Shown here: positions 17,741 to 31,200 of the stretch, piece by piece
Layout: each line of letters begins with the position of its first letter
How positions within the stretch are numbered: position 1 is the first letter of the stretch
NCBI GenBank assembly: GCA_964035545.1
Contig: OZ037771.1
Location: 5,613,190-5,677,189 of the forward strand
Origin: Bugula neritina
Taxonomy: Eukaryota > Animalia > Bryozoa
Length of the DNA: 64,000 bases
Direction of reading: 5' to 3'
Program-made: the position numbers and the translations under genes
Notes under the pieces: model-generated
Databases searched by the model: none
What the model was told of the DNA's origin: nothing
What the model saw: the letters and a program-made list of their open reading frames with translations, nothing else

Positions 17741-20700
17741 TCAAAATAGAAATAGTACTAAAACTGTAGCAATTGTTGTAGCAACACCGATGGCAACTAG
17801 CTGTTCTGATTGTCCACCAGAAGAGTCTGTGCTAGTACTAACAGTTAGTGAGTCATAGTAATCACTGATTGTCATATCTAATCCGTAGCAATAAAACTGA
17901 GAATCACATTTAATAGCTGGAGATGTAAGCAGCCAGTGGATATAACTAACGTGAGACTCATTGTTAGAGCATAGGACAGTGTTTCCTGTGAGTTCAACGT
18001 AAAAGTTGTTATTCAATGATTGATTGTCAAACTCATTTCGAAATTCTTCTTCAATGTAGTGAATGCTGTTGTTTATTAAGTTAAGGTAATCAAGTTTAAG
18101 GTTTTTAGAGATGGTGATGTTCCAACTAAGAAGTTCATTGCCATGGAGATCGAGATGGGTTAAGTTCGGGTGATGAGAGAAGAAGTCAAAGTCTGAAAAA
18201 TATAAAATTCCACCTTCCTGATTTCCAAAATGAAGCTCCTCTAAAGCTGGAGCACCTCCTAAAAGCTCTCCAGTTACATCATTTCTTAATTTTTCACCAA
18301 ATTTATTTTTAGTCAGCACCAAAGTTTTGACTGGGAAGTTAGTCAGAAAATCACGAGACCACCCAACAATACTGCAGTCAATGCAAACCAGTTTAGAAAG
18401 ATATTGAAATCCAGTAATATTGCGACATGATATAAATCCAACTTGAGAGTATGACAGAGTTATGGTTTCAAAATTATTGAGATACATTTCCATGTTAGAG
18501 CATAGTGGAGTTGATTCATTTCTCCGGACATCTTCAGACACGGTGAAATCATTATAATCAATAGCTAAAGTTGTCAGATGTGCAGGGACAAAGTGAAAAT
18601 TAATTCTTCCCCTGTTTAGCAATGTACGAACAACACGATTCCAGTAATATTTTACTGTAAAATCTACAGCTTTATCAGACACATAATCGATTCCTTGTGT
18701 TCTGATATAATCTATAGCAAAGTTGATCACATTTACTCGATTTAAACATAACAATGAAGTAGAAAGAAAGTCAAGTGAACATTTCTTTTGAAGATGGTTC
18801 ATAAGTTCGTTGAGAACATGGATGTCAACTATGTTAGGAATGTGAGTTACATTCCAATCAAACCTATCTTCAGTGAACAAATAACTATCTTGGTTACAAT
18901 CTAGAAGATCTGGGTAGTAGTCGTGTCCATCACATGAATACTCTTTAGTCATACCACGAAATGCAATGTAACGAATGAACGGGGTCTGGAGTTTTGTGTT
19001 GTTGAACAGTGCTTCAACAAATGGTTGTAGCTTTTGACCGTCTTCACCACACGACACTTGTAGAGAAGAATGGTTTAACTCATTCTGACTAATATCCAGA
19101 TATAGCAGTCCTTGACAGTACTGTCGCAAGTTTAGGGTTTCTGGAGTTTGTATGTGGTTCGCTTGCATGGACAAAACTTGTAGTGGAATTGTAGAAAGAG
19201 GAATGACGTCACCAATGTTGATATCCCACCAGCAGAATTTTGTACCCTTCTCTGGAATGTTTATATGATCAAGTAAAAGTGTGTGAAGTTTACTGTTTGC
19301 TATTCCGTTAAAAATGTCAGAAAGGTGTTCTTTTAACGGATTACAGGATAAGTCAAGTCTTAGTAGAGAATTTGTAAAACTTTTTAAGAATTCTTGATTA
19401 ATACTATTTACATGACAATTTCTGGCAGAGAAACGTTTCAAGGGCAAACTTGAAAGAGGCGACATTGAGATGTTGGTCAACTTTGGAGTATCACAGTCAG
19501 GCCCACCTGCAAAAAAATATTATCAACTAAATTACTTTTTTATAGAATACTTGGAACATGAGTATAAAAAAGCAGCTACTCATTCCAAACTATGTTGTAA
19601 ATGTAATAACTGGCTATAGCCTTCGGGTATACTCAGACTGCTGTTTTAATAATTTCCTGAGTAAAACACATGCAGGGAAGTATTTTGATAAAAAATCTAG
19701 AGAATTTGATCGATTATATTTGATATTTTGTGATCTTAAAAACCAGCTTTCTGTTGTTACAGTTGAGTTTCAGAATATTACTTTTAACTAGTAGCCCACT
19801 TATTCAACCAGAGAAATTATTAGACAAAAACAAATTTTCAGCATGCTTAAATTAATTGCAGAATGTTATATAAAATTTCAATTACTGACACAAATTTTGC
19901 ATTTTAATCTACTGAGTCGTTACAATTTCAAAGTTTGAAGTTTTAAGCAAAATGGCCATCATTTGTTTTACTGACAATAAAGCTAAGCGATGTTTGACAA
20001 ACAAAGCTTTAAAACTATAAATATCATAAGCTTCTCACATTATGAGATTAAAATCATTGAAATTTAAAAATATTTAGATCCTCATTATTAGCAAAATCAG
20101 TAAACAAATTTTATAAGCTGAATCTATTTTGTACTAATTTAATTTAATGTAATCACACAAAGAAATCGTTTGTTATAGACAGCAGAAAGTTTTATATGTT
20201 GATACCAATAGCAGCAGGAGGTAGATACCCTATATTTATACACATTGATGTCAAAATCTCACAATGTACTTTGAGTTTTTGGGAGATGTAAAAGCTGTTA
20301 CTTATATTGCATTCTTAAAAATAACTGGTGTGCTCTACATATAGTCATCTTAAAGGTTAAAATTCTCAAGCTACTTTTTGGAAAATAATTGCCCCCACTG
20401 AGAATCGAACCCGAGACTGCTGGCAAGCAAGTGTGCTAATACCAATACACCACGGGGATCACTGATAAACTTAGCACAATACTTATGATTTTATCTATCT
20501 ATCTATATATGCAAAACAGCAATGCAATATTTTAGCAATATTTCTGTATTATTAAGAAAAACTCAATTTAACTTTGTTTTACAAAAATAATTTTTTCCAC
20601 GGCTTAAACTAATGACACAAAAAATAACCATATCTCTACGTTAATTACTGAACATTTTTCATGATCACACTCAATCATGATTATTTCCTTGAGCATGACT

Positions 20701-22910
20701 AATATTAGCACCATGTTACCTATAGCATATCCTCATAGCAACTTAATATATTTTAATTTTAAACTTATCTATTTCAATATTTTGTGTTTTTTTTATATAG
20801 GGCACTAAACACATAAATTTAGGTTACTCACCAATGCTCAATGTGTGTAGTCTGTGAAATTCTGTAAAGACTGTGCTAAATGCTGGGGTTCCAATCAAGT
20901 AAAGTTCTTCTAGTGAGTTGTTGAGAGGAGCCAAGGCTGAATAGTCAAACCCTTGAGCAGGTCTGTGACCGTCTTTCTGTTTCAGTCTACAAGTTGGGCA
21001 AACATAATTCATACAAAGAAATTAACTATAACGGCCAAGAACAGTTTAGCGAAAACTTAAATTTTGAAGATAATACCAGTAATTTTTAATAAAATTTAAC
21101 TGGTTCACCCTTGCAATAAAAATAAGCATAATAAATTTATTTATACTTTTATTAAAAGAACATGACTTAATATGCAATTCACAGAAACACATCTGCATAC
21201 TTATGTAGTTTACTAGGATCAGAAATTTCAATTTATACTGCAATTCATATGCATGCTGCTATTTATAGACAGTTTAAGCTGAGTGATTTTAAAAGGTATT
21301 CTTCTTACAGCTAACTTTTTTTGTAAGAAAAAAGAAATAATCCATTCAATTAGTACTACAATATATCAATTCTGCCTAAATGTAATTTATGTTTTTTGCT
21401 CTAAATATAGGAATTTTTTATAGTCTTTTTATTCTACTTGCCATTGATTTAATGAAATTATTTGCTATAAAATAATATGTACCTGAGTGTCTTTAGAGTT
21501 GTCAGTCCTTTGAATGAGTCTCTACTGATTGTTTCATTAGAAAGTAGAATATTGTTGAAAGAGATGTTAAGATGTAAGAGTCGTGTATTGGAGGCAAATA
21601 TGAAGGGACCAATGAATGAGATTTTGTTGTAGGAGAGATCAAGAGACTCAAGGTCAGTGAAAGGTGAAAGGTCAGGTATACTATTGAGGTGATTGTGATT
21701 GAGTTTTAGTACTCTGATACCAGTAGTATTGAGATTTGGTGGTACAGGGAACTGTGTTATTTGACTATCACTACAGTCCATGACACCAGGTATATCACAG
21801 GTACATCTCTCTATCTTACAGGGTTTTCCACACTGTCTTCCTTCGGCAAACTATAAAATAATGATGTGAATATGATAATTTCAGTCACCTAAGGTAGTAC
21901 ATGATGTGAAAAGCAAAATAATTTCAGATTTTGGCATAAAATTTATTTTCATGCCTGGTCCTTTCTCAGATTTATTACCATTCATTGAAATCTTTGCTTC
22001 CTTGTATTTTGAAATACGTAATTTGAGTAACCATGGAAACAGTATTTTACTCGCAGCCAACTAGCTTTTAAACACATTTCCAAAGACTTTGGGTTCAGGT
22101 GTATGAGTTTCAAAACACAGTTTAATTGTTTGTATTGAACCAAGATATTGCACTATATGTTACCAAACTGTAATATTCTAGTACTTTACCATTAATTTAT
22201 CTTACGCAAACACGCAAAAAAAGAAAAATATATCTAAATGGTTTATCACAGTAAATATTATAATCACCAGTAATTCAACCTTCAATAATTTGTAATTCTA
22301 ATCAAAATGTGTTAATGGTGGTGTCTTCAAATTGATATTAACTGGTAGAAGTAAAAGGAATAGTAAGAACCAGCCATTTATCTACTTGTCAACTTTTTAA
22401 ATCTGTGTAGACTAGCAATATCAGTAACACCTAAGCTATACGTTACTTATGTAGTTGATTCATTTAATTTTATGGATTATTTTCTACACTCAATAGCTAA
22501 GAGCAGTTTTACGGTTTTTAAGTGTGTACCACACCATGCACACAGCAAACACACTGAACACACACTGAACACACACAACACACTAAACACACAACACACA
22601 CACAACACACACAACACACACAACACACACAACACACACAACACGCACAACATGCACACATACATACTCAAACAAACATAATGAATTTTGAAAAAGCACA
22701 AATATAATAACTGTGGGTACTGCAGGTATTTAGGCAAACACTGCTGCTAGCCATGAAGGAGAGAATACATAAATTTATCTAATATCTAACTTTTTCTCAC
22801 ACTATATATATAGTACTTGAACTTACCTGGCTATGAACTCGACAAATACTACAAAGTAAAAACAGCAACAATGTATATGCATAGCACAGTCTGTAAGCAC
22901 AGCCACCCAT
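17741..22910 (-). CDS. Type-B TLR-derived LRR receptor B1, 790 aa, no TIR, ending in a hydrophobic C-terminal tail
   Basis: Exons 22827-22910 (MGGCAYRLCYAYTLLLFLLCSICRVHSQ), 21483-21850, 20832-20986, 17741-19506; GT-AG with compatible phases, 2373 nt open; ends SSGGQSEQLVAIGVATTIATVLVLFLF*. Confidence 0.85.
20391..20460 (-). mobile_element. tRNA-derived SINE head or tRNA pseudogene in B1 intron 3
   Basis: Minus strand GATCCCCGTGGTGTATTGGT...GGGTTCGATTCTCAGTGGGGGC with A-box and B-box-like motifs; no intact cloverleaf. Confidence 0.6.
22545..22670. repeat. CA-rich (CAACACACA)n repeat in B1 intron 1 (shorter copy ~46200-46300)
   Basis: Directly visible. Confidence 0.9.
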
Positions 22911-23764
22911 GGTGACAGCTAGTTGATAAATGATGAGCATGTGTACGTATTTTAGCCATGTGGTTGTCTAAATAGTTTAAGCATCTGTTTCCTTGCTTCC
23001 TTGTTAAAATAACTGCTATTTATTAGTGAAAAACTGGTTTTTCTTCATCAAACAAATATTCAATAAGATAACATAAGGTCTATCAGAGTTATATAATCTT
23101 GTTTTAGAATGCAGATTGAAAGCATCTGTAAATTTGCTAAAGTAAAAAGTTTTAGAAATTGGTTCAAAAAGCAAATGAAAAATTAAGCTTTATATTAACC
23201 ACTATAGCCTAAAAGAGTAACGGCATAAAATAGCTGGCAAGAAGCACAGAAGTTGTATTGTTCATATTTAGGTAAGCGAGTTATTTTAGCAACTAATCGT
23301 GCATTACATGAATAAAATATTATAAACAAAAAAGAACAGGCTTTTTGTAAACATAAATATTGTTACCATGGTTACGCCACTTGACAATACTATACAATTA
23401 TAATATAGCAATAACCTCATAGATAAATTGATAACTTTCATAATGCATTCATTACCACTATATAGCTTTATTATCACTAGTTCTAAATCTATACAAGTTA
23501 TAATGAATAATTATTGCATTTTAGCAACATAGTCATGCATGTCATAAAGTGCGTTGTATACCAGAATGCAGCTTGCAGTACATTACAGAGACTAACTGCT
23601 CAACTGTTACATCAACATGTCTATTTATTCTTCAAGGTAAACTACCGCAAATAGTTTTATTACATTTCAAGTTGCTCTCAACCAGGTTTCTCTGTTGAAA
23701 TAGCAGCGTAGATTGAATAAGAGGTTTTAGACTTTGAAGTCAATATGAATTGCTGTCTTTTAAG

Positions 23765-26700
23765 TTATTCATGCATATGCTGGCAGGGTACAAACGATGT
23801 TTTCTCTCTACCTAATGAGTTGAATAACTCATAAATAGGTTGACTGGCTGACAGCTCCATAATAAACTCCTGCACAAAAGCTTTCAAGCTGCCATCTAGC
23901 TCCGGGTGAAGCCCTGTTGGCCAACATATGTGTTTCTTTTGAAAAATAATGTCAGTGAGAAGTTTTGGAAGATGATCCAGTTGGGAAACGCAGTTGATAC
24001 CAACTGTGACAACCAGTACCTCACTCGCTGGCTTCAATTTAATCAATTCAAACTCAAATTTAGTTACATCATCCTTCATGTAGTCTGGTGTGACAAAGAT
24101 CACAGCTTTCTCACTTTGAGCTATGAGCTTGGCTGTTACTGTCTTTAGCAATTGATTCGGTGATGCGGTGGTTGTGCTTGATGTAATTGTGATACTATCT
24201 TCAGAAAACTCTACTTCTTCTATTAGACCTGCAAATTTCAAATTATCGTGAGTAATAGAAAGTTGTGGCTGTATATATGAATTACTATTAATATTTAATA
24301 TACATATAGTATACATTAATACATACATATACATTAATACATTATAGTATTTATATATTCTCTCTGTTGTATTCAATATTTGCAGCTGCGTAATTTATGT
24401 TGAATTATTTTAAGAGAATAGCTAAAGTTAGATTTACTAGTAAATGATTTGCATATGCAAATAACTAGTATATTATAACATACTCACGGGCCACATGGTT
24501 AGAAATCAGTGCAGTGTGACTTGCATAAACTGGAAAGTCTTTGTCCAGGGTGTTGAAGACACTTACAGGATCAGATCGTCTCATATTGTTGTAGTGGTGG
24601 TGAAATGCACACAGTCTATATATAACACGATGGCGGAAAACATAGAGAAGTATAACAATGATAGCAGCTATTACAGAAAACGAAATGATTAAAATGAGGT
24701 TTTTCTGTGAAATTTCTCTTGTCCCGGTAAAGCTATAAGGTTTTTCAACTTTACGTGAGATGACTGATGTCGTCGGATTGTTGTATTTATGACGTGTTGT
24801 TTTCATCACAGATGTTTCCTTGCGTAGAAAAGCAAAATAATTGTTATCTCCCGTTGTTGTTAATGGGGCAAATGTTGTAGAGTCAGAACTTTCGCTTTTA
24901 TAATCAAAGTTTTGTCGCAGAGTTTTTGGAAGAATTTTAGATAAAATAAAACTATTGTGCTGGTCACGGGTTGAGGAACTATTATCTTTAGTAGAATAAT
25001 ATTTATCGTAAAATGCGACGATAGTCTCGTTTGCATGCAGGCACTTCAGATTCTTTACACAAATGACTGCTGGAGATGTTAACAACCAATTAATGTATTC
25101 TAAAGTATTCGAGTTGTTTCTTTCACAATAAATTTTATTGTTTGTAAGATCAACAGTAAAGCCGTTTTGAAGATGTTGGATATCAAGCTCTTTACGAAAT
25201 TTCTTTTCAACGTAATGAATGTTATTGCCCTGCAAGTTAAGATGTTGCAAGTTAGAATTCATGGTTATGGTGGCGTTCCAATTAGAAAGTCCATTGGCAT
25301 GGAGATCCAGATACGTTAAGTTTGGATGATGTGAGAAAAAGTCAGCATCTAACAGATATGAAAGACTTTCCTTCTGGTTTCCAAGATAGAGCTTCTCAAG
25401 TGAAGATACAAAATTACTTTGCACTACTTCAGATTTTTTGTTGTTTCGAAATTCAAGTTGTTTTTGCTGTTTGATTTTAAACAATTGTGTGGTCCTGCAT
25501 CTGGTGCACAAGAAAGCGCGTAAGTCATGAATCCTATAAGGATAAAGGCATGCGTTTTTGCCTAAATTCGAGTAATTCATGTCTATTTGCTCTACACTGG
25601 AGGGATAATTTATTGCACTAGAGGCACAAGTCCAATTCTCTCCTTGAAAGTTATTATGACCCATTGAAATGGTTGTAACTTTTGGGGACACAAATGCAAT
25701 ACTGCTTATAGTTTCCGAGTTGCCACTTTGAACTGCTAGTGTATTTCTTAAAGTAGCAAGAGTTACACTGAGATCTTGAGTTGATACATCTGTCACACCA
25801 ATACTTTTAGCAAAGCTGTGAATATCGCCAACGATATCACTCAACTCTATAGCTTTCGAAGACAATGATAATACAAGGTCAGCCCATGTACCCCAACTAC
25901 TTTTTAGGATGTAGTCAAGTTTTGGCAATGGGACAAAACTAGGCTTGTTAGACTGGTCCCAGTAGAAGTCATTTTCAAGAAAGAGGTAACTATCTTCATT
26001 ACAGTTTAGCAAGTAAGCCTTGTATCGTTGACTACAAGAAGGCTCTGTTAGACTCTGCAGCCCAATATATTTCAAAGATGGGATGTGATAATTTTCGTTA
26101 TAAATAACGTGATTTGACAAAACATTTAGTTGACCTACAATCAGTTGGTTTAGTGACATTGACTTTTGGATGTAGTTTTGGCTCATGTCAATGTATGACA
26201 ATTTCGGACAGCATAGCGTTAAATCAAAGCTGAAATGTGCTGCTAAGCCATTAGCTTGCAAAGACAATATTTTGATTGGTGCGTTTTGAAGTGGTGCCAT
26301 ATTTTGGTCAGATAAATGCCACCGGCAGTTGCTTGTGTGGTGCATGTTGATATGGTCGAGAATTAGTGTGTGCACACTACTGTAGGCTATCCCATAAGTT
26401 ATCTCCTTTATATAGGGCATCAAATGGTTGCAAGACAAATCTAGCTTGAGTAGTGAGTCCTTGAGATTCTTTAAGAATGTCCTGCTTATTTTAGTGATTC
26501 CACAATTCCGAGCAGAAAACTTTTTTAAAGGAATGTAGGTGATTGGCCACAAAGGACTGTCATGTGTTAGCGAGGGGACGTGGCAGGCTGCACCACCTAA
26601 AATTGGAATTTAAATTGATAAAAAGTTTAGCTCTTGCATTGTATTTGATTGAACTATAATGAACTTCTGCCAAAACAAACAATGTGGGGTGTGCCTGTTA

Positions 26701-28282
26701 TCAGCATTATATATGATAATCTGCTACAACAGTTACATTATAGTCTCTTTAATATATATCATATTTTGAAAAATATCAAATGTTTATATGTACTTCAACA
26801 ACTACAGTAGGCCTGATCATTCTTAAAAAAGTACATGACTATAACAATAACTGTCATCAATCTATGTATAGCACTAAATTTGAACAATAATCGTGAATAT
26901 TTCTACAATTGAAAAATATTTTATACGAAGCAATACGTTATTCTGTATTACAAAATTAGGTCTTTGCATGTCACACTATGTAGTTAGTGAGAAATAGCAT
27001 CATACAAGTAATAATATTTCAGTTTGCTTAAAAAGATATAGCTTATACTGGCTGATAGCTCAGTGTAACGTGCTCAGAGATCATTTCTGAGAGTCTTACT
27101 TTTCTATATCTGTGTAGAGATACAACATGTCCATTAATTGCTAAATTTGTTTTACTTGTACATCAGCTCACCTAGACTGAGAGTATGAAGCTTGTGAAAT
27201 GATGTAAAGTAGGGGCTAAGGCTGGGTGTGCCTGTGATAAATAGCTCTTCTAAAGATCTGTGTAGCGGGTACAACTCCGAATAGGCATAGCCATGTGCTG
27301 GTAGGTAGTTCTGCTTCATTCTGTAACCACATGGTGCAACATGTTATAATAAGAAAATCCTATAGCAACTCATTAGTGTTAAAGTTAAAGTTGGGTATAG
27401 CAGGTTGAATGCAATGGTAACAAGAAACAACTTTTATTACATTATGAAAATAAAACCGTATTATTAAAACCAATCAAACATGTCAAATGTTAGTTTGTTC
27501 AATTTTACACTTAAGTGCACAGCAATCAATTTAAAAATAATTATCTAACTCGGCACTAATATGGCATTATACTGGTTCATAAAACCTGGATTTTAGTTCC
27601 AGAATGAACCAACCCACTGACATCGTATTTTATATGACCCTTACATATTTTAGTCATATTATCAACTAATTAACTCAAATAATCTGAGCGTATTCAAGAA
27701 AATATTATTGGTATAAATTGCACTCGTAAAAGCAAAGAAAAATTAGAGTTAGATATTTAAAATGAACATAAAAATCATTTATCTTAAAAACCCTTTTTGC
27801 TGATCAGTAAATCTAATAAAATATATCAGTAGTTTAGCTAAAAGCCTTCAATAATTTTTTGTAATAGATAAAACACTACATACTGTAACATAATACTATT
27901 TACAATATATGTACCTGAGTGTCTTCAGAGTTGTCAGTCCTTTGAATGAGTCTCTACTGATAGTTTCATTAGAAAGTAGAATATTGTTGAAAGAGATGTT
28001 AAGATGTAAGAGCCGTGTATTGGAGGCAAATACGAAGGAACCTATGAATGAAATCTTGTTGTAGGAGAGATCAAGATACTCAAGGTCAGTGAGAGGTGAA
28101 AGGTCAGGTATGTTGCTGAGGTGATTGTGATTGAGTTTTAGTACTCTGATACCAGTTGTATTGAGAGTTGGTGGTACAGAGAACTGTGTTATTTGACTAT
28201 CGCTACAGTCCATGACACCAGGTAAATCACAGGTACATCTCTCTATCTCACAAAGTTTTTCACACTGTCTGCTTTGAATAAA
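23765..28282 (-). CDS. Type-C Toll-like receptor C1 (LRR-LRRCT-Ser/Thr stalk-TM-TIR); chimeric; exon 1 not found
   Basis: Exons 27915-28282, 27172-27320 (MKQNYLPAHGYAYSELYPLHRSLEELFITGTP...), 24488-26596, 23765-24228; 3090 nt open with GT-AG phases 2/1/1; TM LILIISFSVIAAIIVILLYVF; TIR VYASHT...VIFVTPDY...KFEF...ICWP. Confidence 0.85.
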
Positions 28283-31200
28283 CTATAAAAAAAAACAAAT
28301 GCAAGTTGAACTATTTTAGTTGCTATCTCCGTTTGACATTTTGATAAAAAGCTATAGTAGTAAGCAATACTCTTAATTTGCGTAGCTTGTATACTATGCA
28401 CAACTCTTGTGTAGTATGTTAAAAATTGTTTTTTTTTTGCCAAACAAATGTTCAACCAAGATTTAATTGGATTAATAGCCTAATGTAAACACTGCTTCCT
28501 GTTAATTCTTCTTAACAGCAAATCATTTTCTTGTGAGCAGCATTGCTTTGATGGCTGCTATTGAAATGTTTTATTTATAATTAGAAGCTTCATATATTTT
28601 ATCATATTTAAAGATTTTTTTATATTTTTCAGTCTTCTGTGAAGCAAGTTATAGACTGATCTATGAATGCATATTTAAGCGTATACAGAAAAATCACGGT
28701 TTTTTTCTTTATTGTGAGCCTACGTGAAACAAGATAATATGGGTGATTTTTTGACCATTTGTCACTTTATATTATAACTACAATATACAACAATTAGCCA
28801 CTAAACTTTACAGTAATGGACAACTACAATATGCCAAAATTATGACATGTAAATACATGAGCTAGAATGAGAATGGGAACATGACAAGTTTGACTGCGCT
28901 TTCTTGTGCACAAACTGTGTTGGTGGTTAAGGATACCATGCCAAGGTATATATTAGACATCATATGAGTTCATAGGGCAATACCGTCTAAGTCTTTTTCC
29001 AACATCTGGAGCAGTTTGCAGGCAGAATTGGCTTGTTATGAGGTGACTTGAGCATTTGAGTTCAGATCTATAAGGGCCTGCCAGTCACCGGGTACGAGTG
29101 GTAGATAACTCACAACAGCACTCTCACTGCTGACTTCCAAATATTTTTTGCACACATGCGAGACAAATTGATTTTGTAGAGAGCTGTGGCCGGTCATTCT
29201 AAGACAGACCAAGTATTATAGGTGCTGCTGCTGTTTTTAGGAAAGGGCAGCAGCAACTGAGTAGCAATGCTTACTGTTTCAGTACTTTTTTTACTAGTAC
29301 TTGTAATTTTTGTTATTTATTACTATTTAACTTTTCTATTTCTATAAATCTATATCAATTATATATGCATGTACTAAATACTGGCATTTCAGCACTAGTA
29401 TAATAGGGTTATTAGACATAGCCAGTTTTTCTTCTGAGCGTTTAGATTTGGGATCAGCCGAGGTGGCGCAGGCGTAACTCAGTGATGATTCATGGTAACA
29501 GTAGCATCTCAGAGGTGTCTCTGCTACAGATTGCCAAGTTTTATTTTCATTTTAGGGTCAAGCTACTTTATTTATTATACATAAGTAAATCACGATCAAA
29601 AATTAAAGTTTGCTGAAATTCATGAAAACGTAATATATGTCGGGTAATTCTATGTGCTGATTTTAACTATGCATAGCATAAACAAGCTGCAACATTAAAA
29701 TGTAAAGTCTTGTCATATGAACTAAATATAAATTATTTATACAGACCGTAATGAAAAAAAGCCATTATGTTCTGTATATCCAAAAATTATTAAAAAGTTG
29801 AGAAAAAGCATAAACAACTGAGCAGAATTAGAAAAAAGAACCTCTGATTATTTGGTTGCATTTGTTTATATTTTATTAATTCAAGACAAAAAACTATTTA
29901 CATCAGCAAGTAAATTGTGAAATATAACTACAACTAGACATATATTGAGTGTGTAGTGAATTAAGTAAATTGACCCGCAATAACTATTATGTTTCATTGT
30001 ATATATTTTGCTGCAATTGTTATAATAGCACATATGGCATTATCTTGTCATTATAATTTCATTATACTCATTGAATTAACAAAAAAAATTCTAAGGCTAA
30101 ATACAAGTAAAACGTCCACCTATGCACCAAGCACAGCATACAGCTGTCATTAATTAAGAGCACTTGAAGTCTGATTCAAGAAATTGGTGTTTGAAATTAA
30201 AGTTTGTTGGTTGAAAGTTGAAATGTTTTTGTTTAGCAAATGTATTTGCATTTATAGCCTATAATCATATTTTTTCTTAAAAACTAAAAAAGAAGAGAAA
30301 AATATAATTGTTATCGTGTTGGTAAAATATAATCTTCGACACCAATGACACTAACGGAATTATTGTAGTTACTGCAGAGGCATGTTTTTGCAAGAAAATT
30401 ATGTACAGCCTAAATATTGGTCCAACTTACTATCTTTACACTAGAATCATAAATATATAGCTGTTCACACTTTCAATTGTTCAGCAGTTATCCTAAAGCT
30501 TTTTAGGCCGCTTTGGAATTCCCTTTGCATAGGGGCAACTGTGGGCCCTACTCGATGACCATTCGGCAACCACCATGCGTAAGGCACAACTATTTGAGCA
30601 ATTGCAGTAATTTTACTCTGATATTTCGTCATTTGTGTAAGCAAATGTAAGTGATAGAATATGTAGTTAAACTAATTAGCCTTAAATTAAAATATCAGCT
30701 TTAGTAACCAACAACATCTACTAAATTTTTTAAGCTACATTAGCGATGCGATAAAAAATGTTTTAGCATTTCACTGTGTACACTAGCAATGCCTGCTGCA
30801 GACAAATACGTCTGCACCATTCTCTGTGCAAAGCATCTATTGGTCATTATGGCATTTACCAAACTAAAAGCTATGGAGACCTCAGTCAATTGTAAGTAGC
30901 AATAACTTACCATAGTATAAATTTAACCAAAAATATTAATATCTATTGTCATTATGTATATGTTATATTATTTTGTAAATTGCTTTTTAATGAAGCATTA
31001 CTACAAATTTAAAAGTTACTTTTAACCTTTTAAGATAATGAAGAAGAAGCAATGTAAGTATATTGACCATATTCATGTTATCAGTTTCTTTCAAGTTTAA
31101 TGTTTTGAAGAAATTTCTTTAGTTATTGTAGTACATATGGTGTATATACAGCATACAAATATATAAAAATTAAAAGTATATAAGATAGGCTCTAAGATGA

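Noticed and set aside
18700-18830. Saposin-like reading of the island domain (helix-Cys-loop-Cys-helix)
   Set aside because: Only two of six expected cysteines, and none in type C; not supportable without a structure search.
20391-20460. Functional tRNA genes here, at 43989 and at ~62375-62450
   Set aside because: Acceptor stems do not pair properly and the copies carry indels or a SINE body with TSD.
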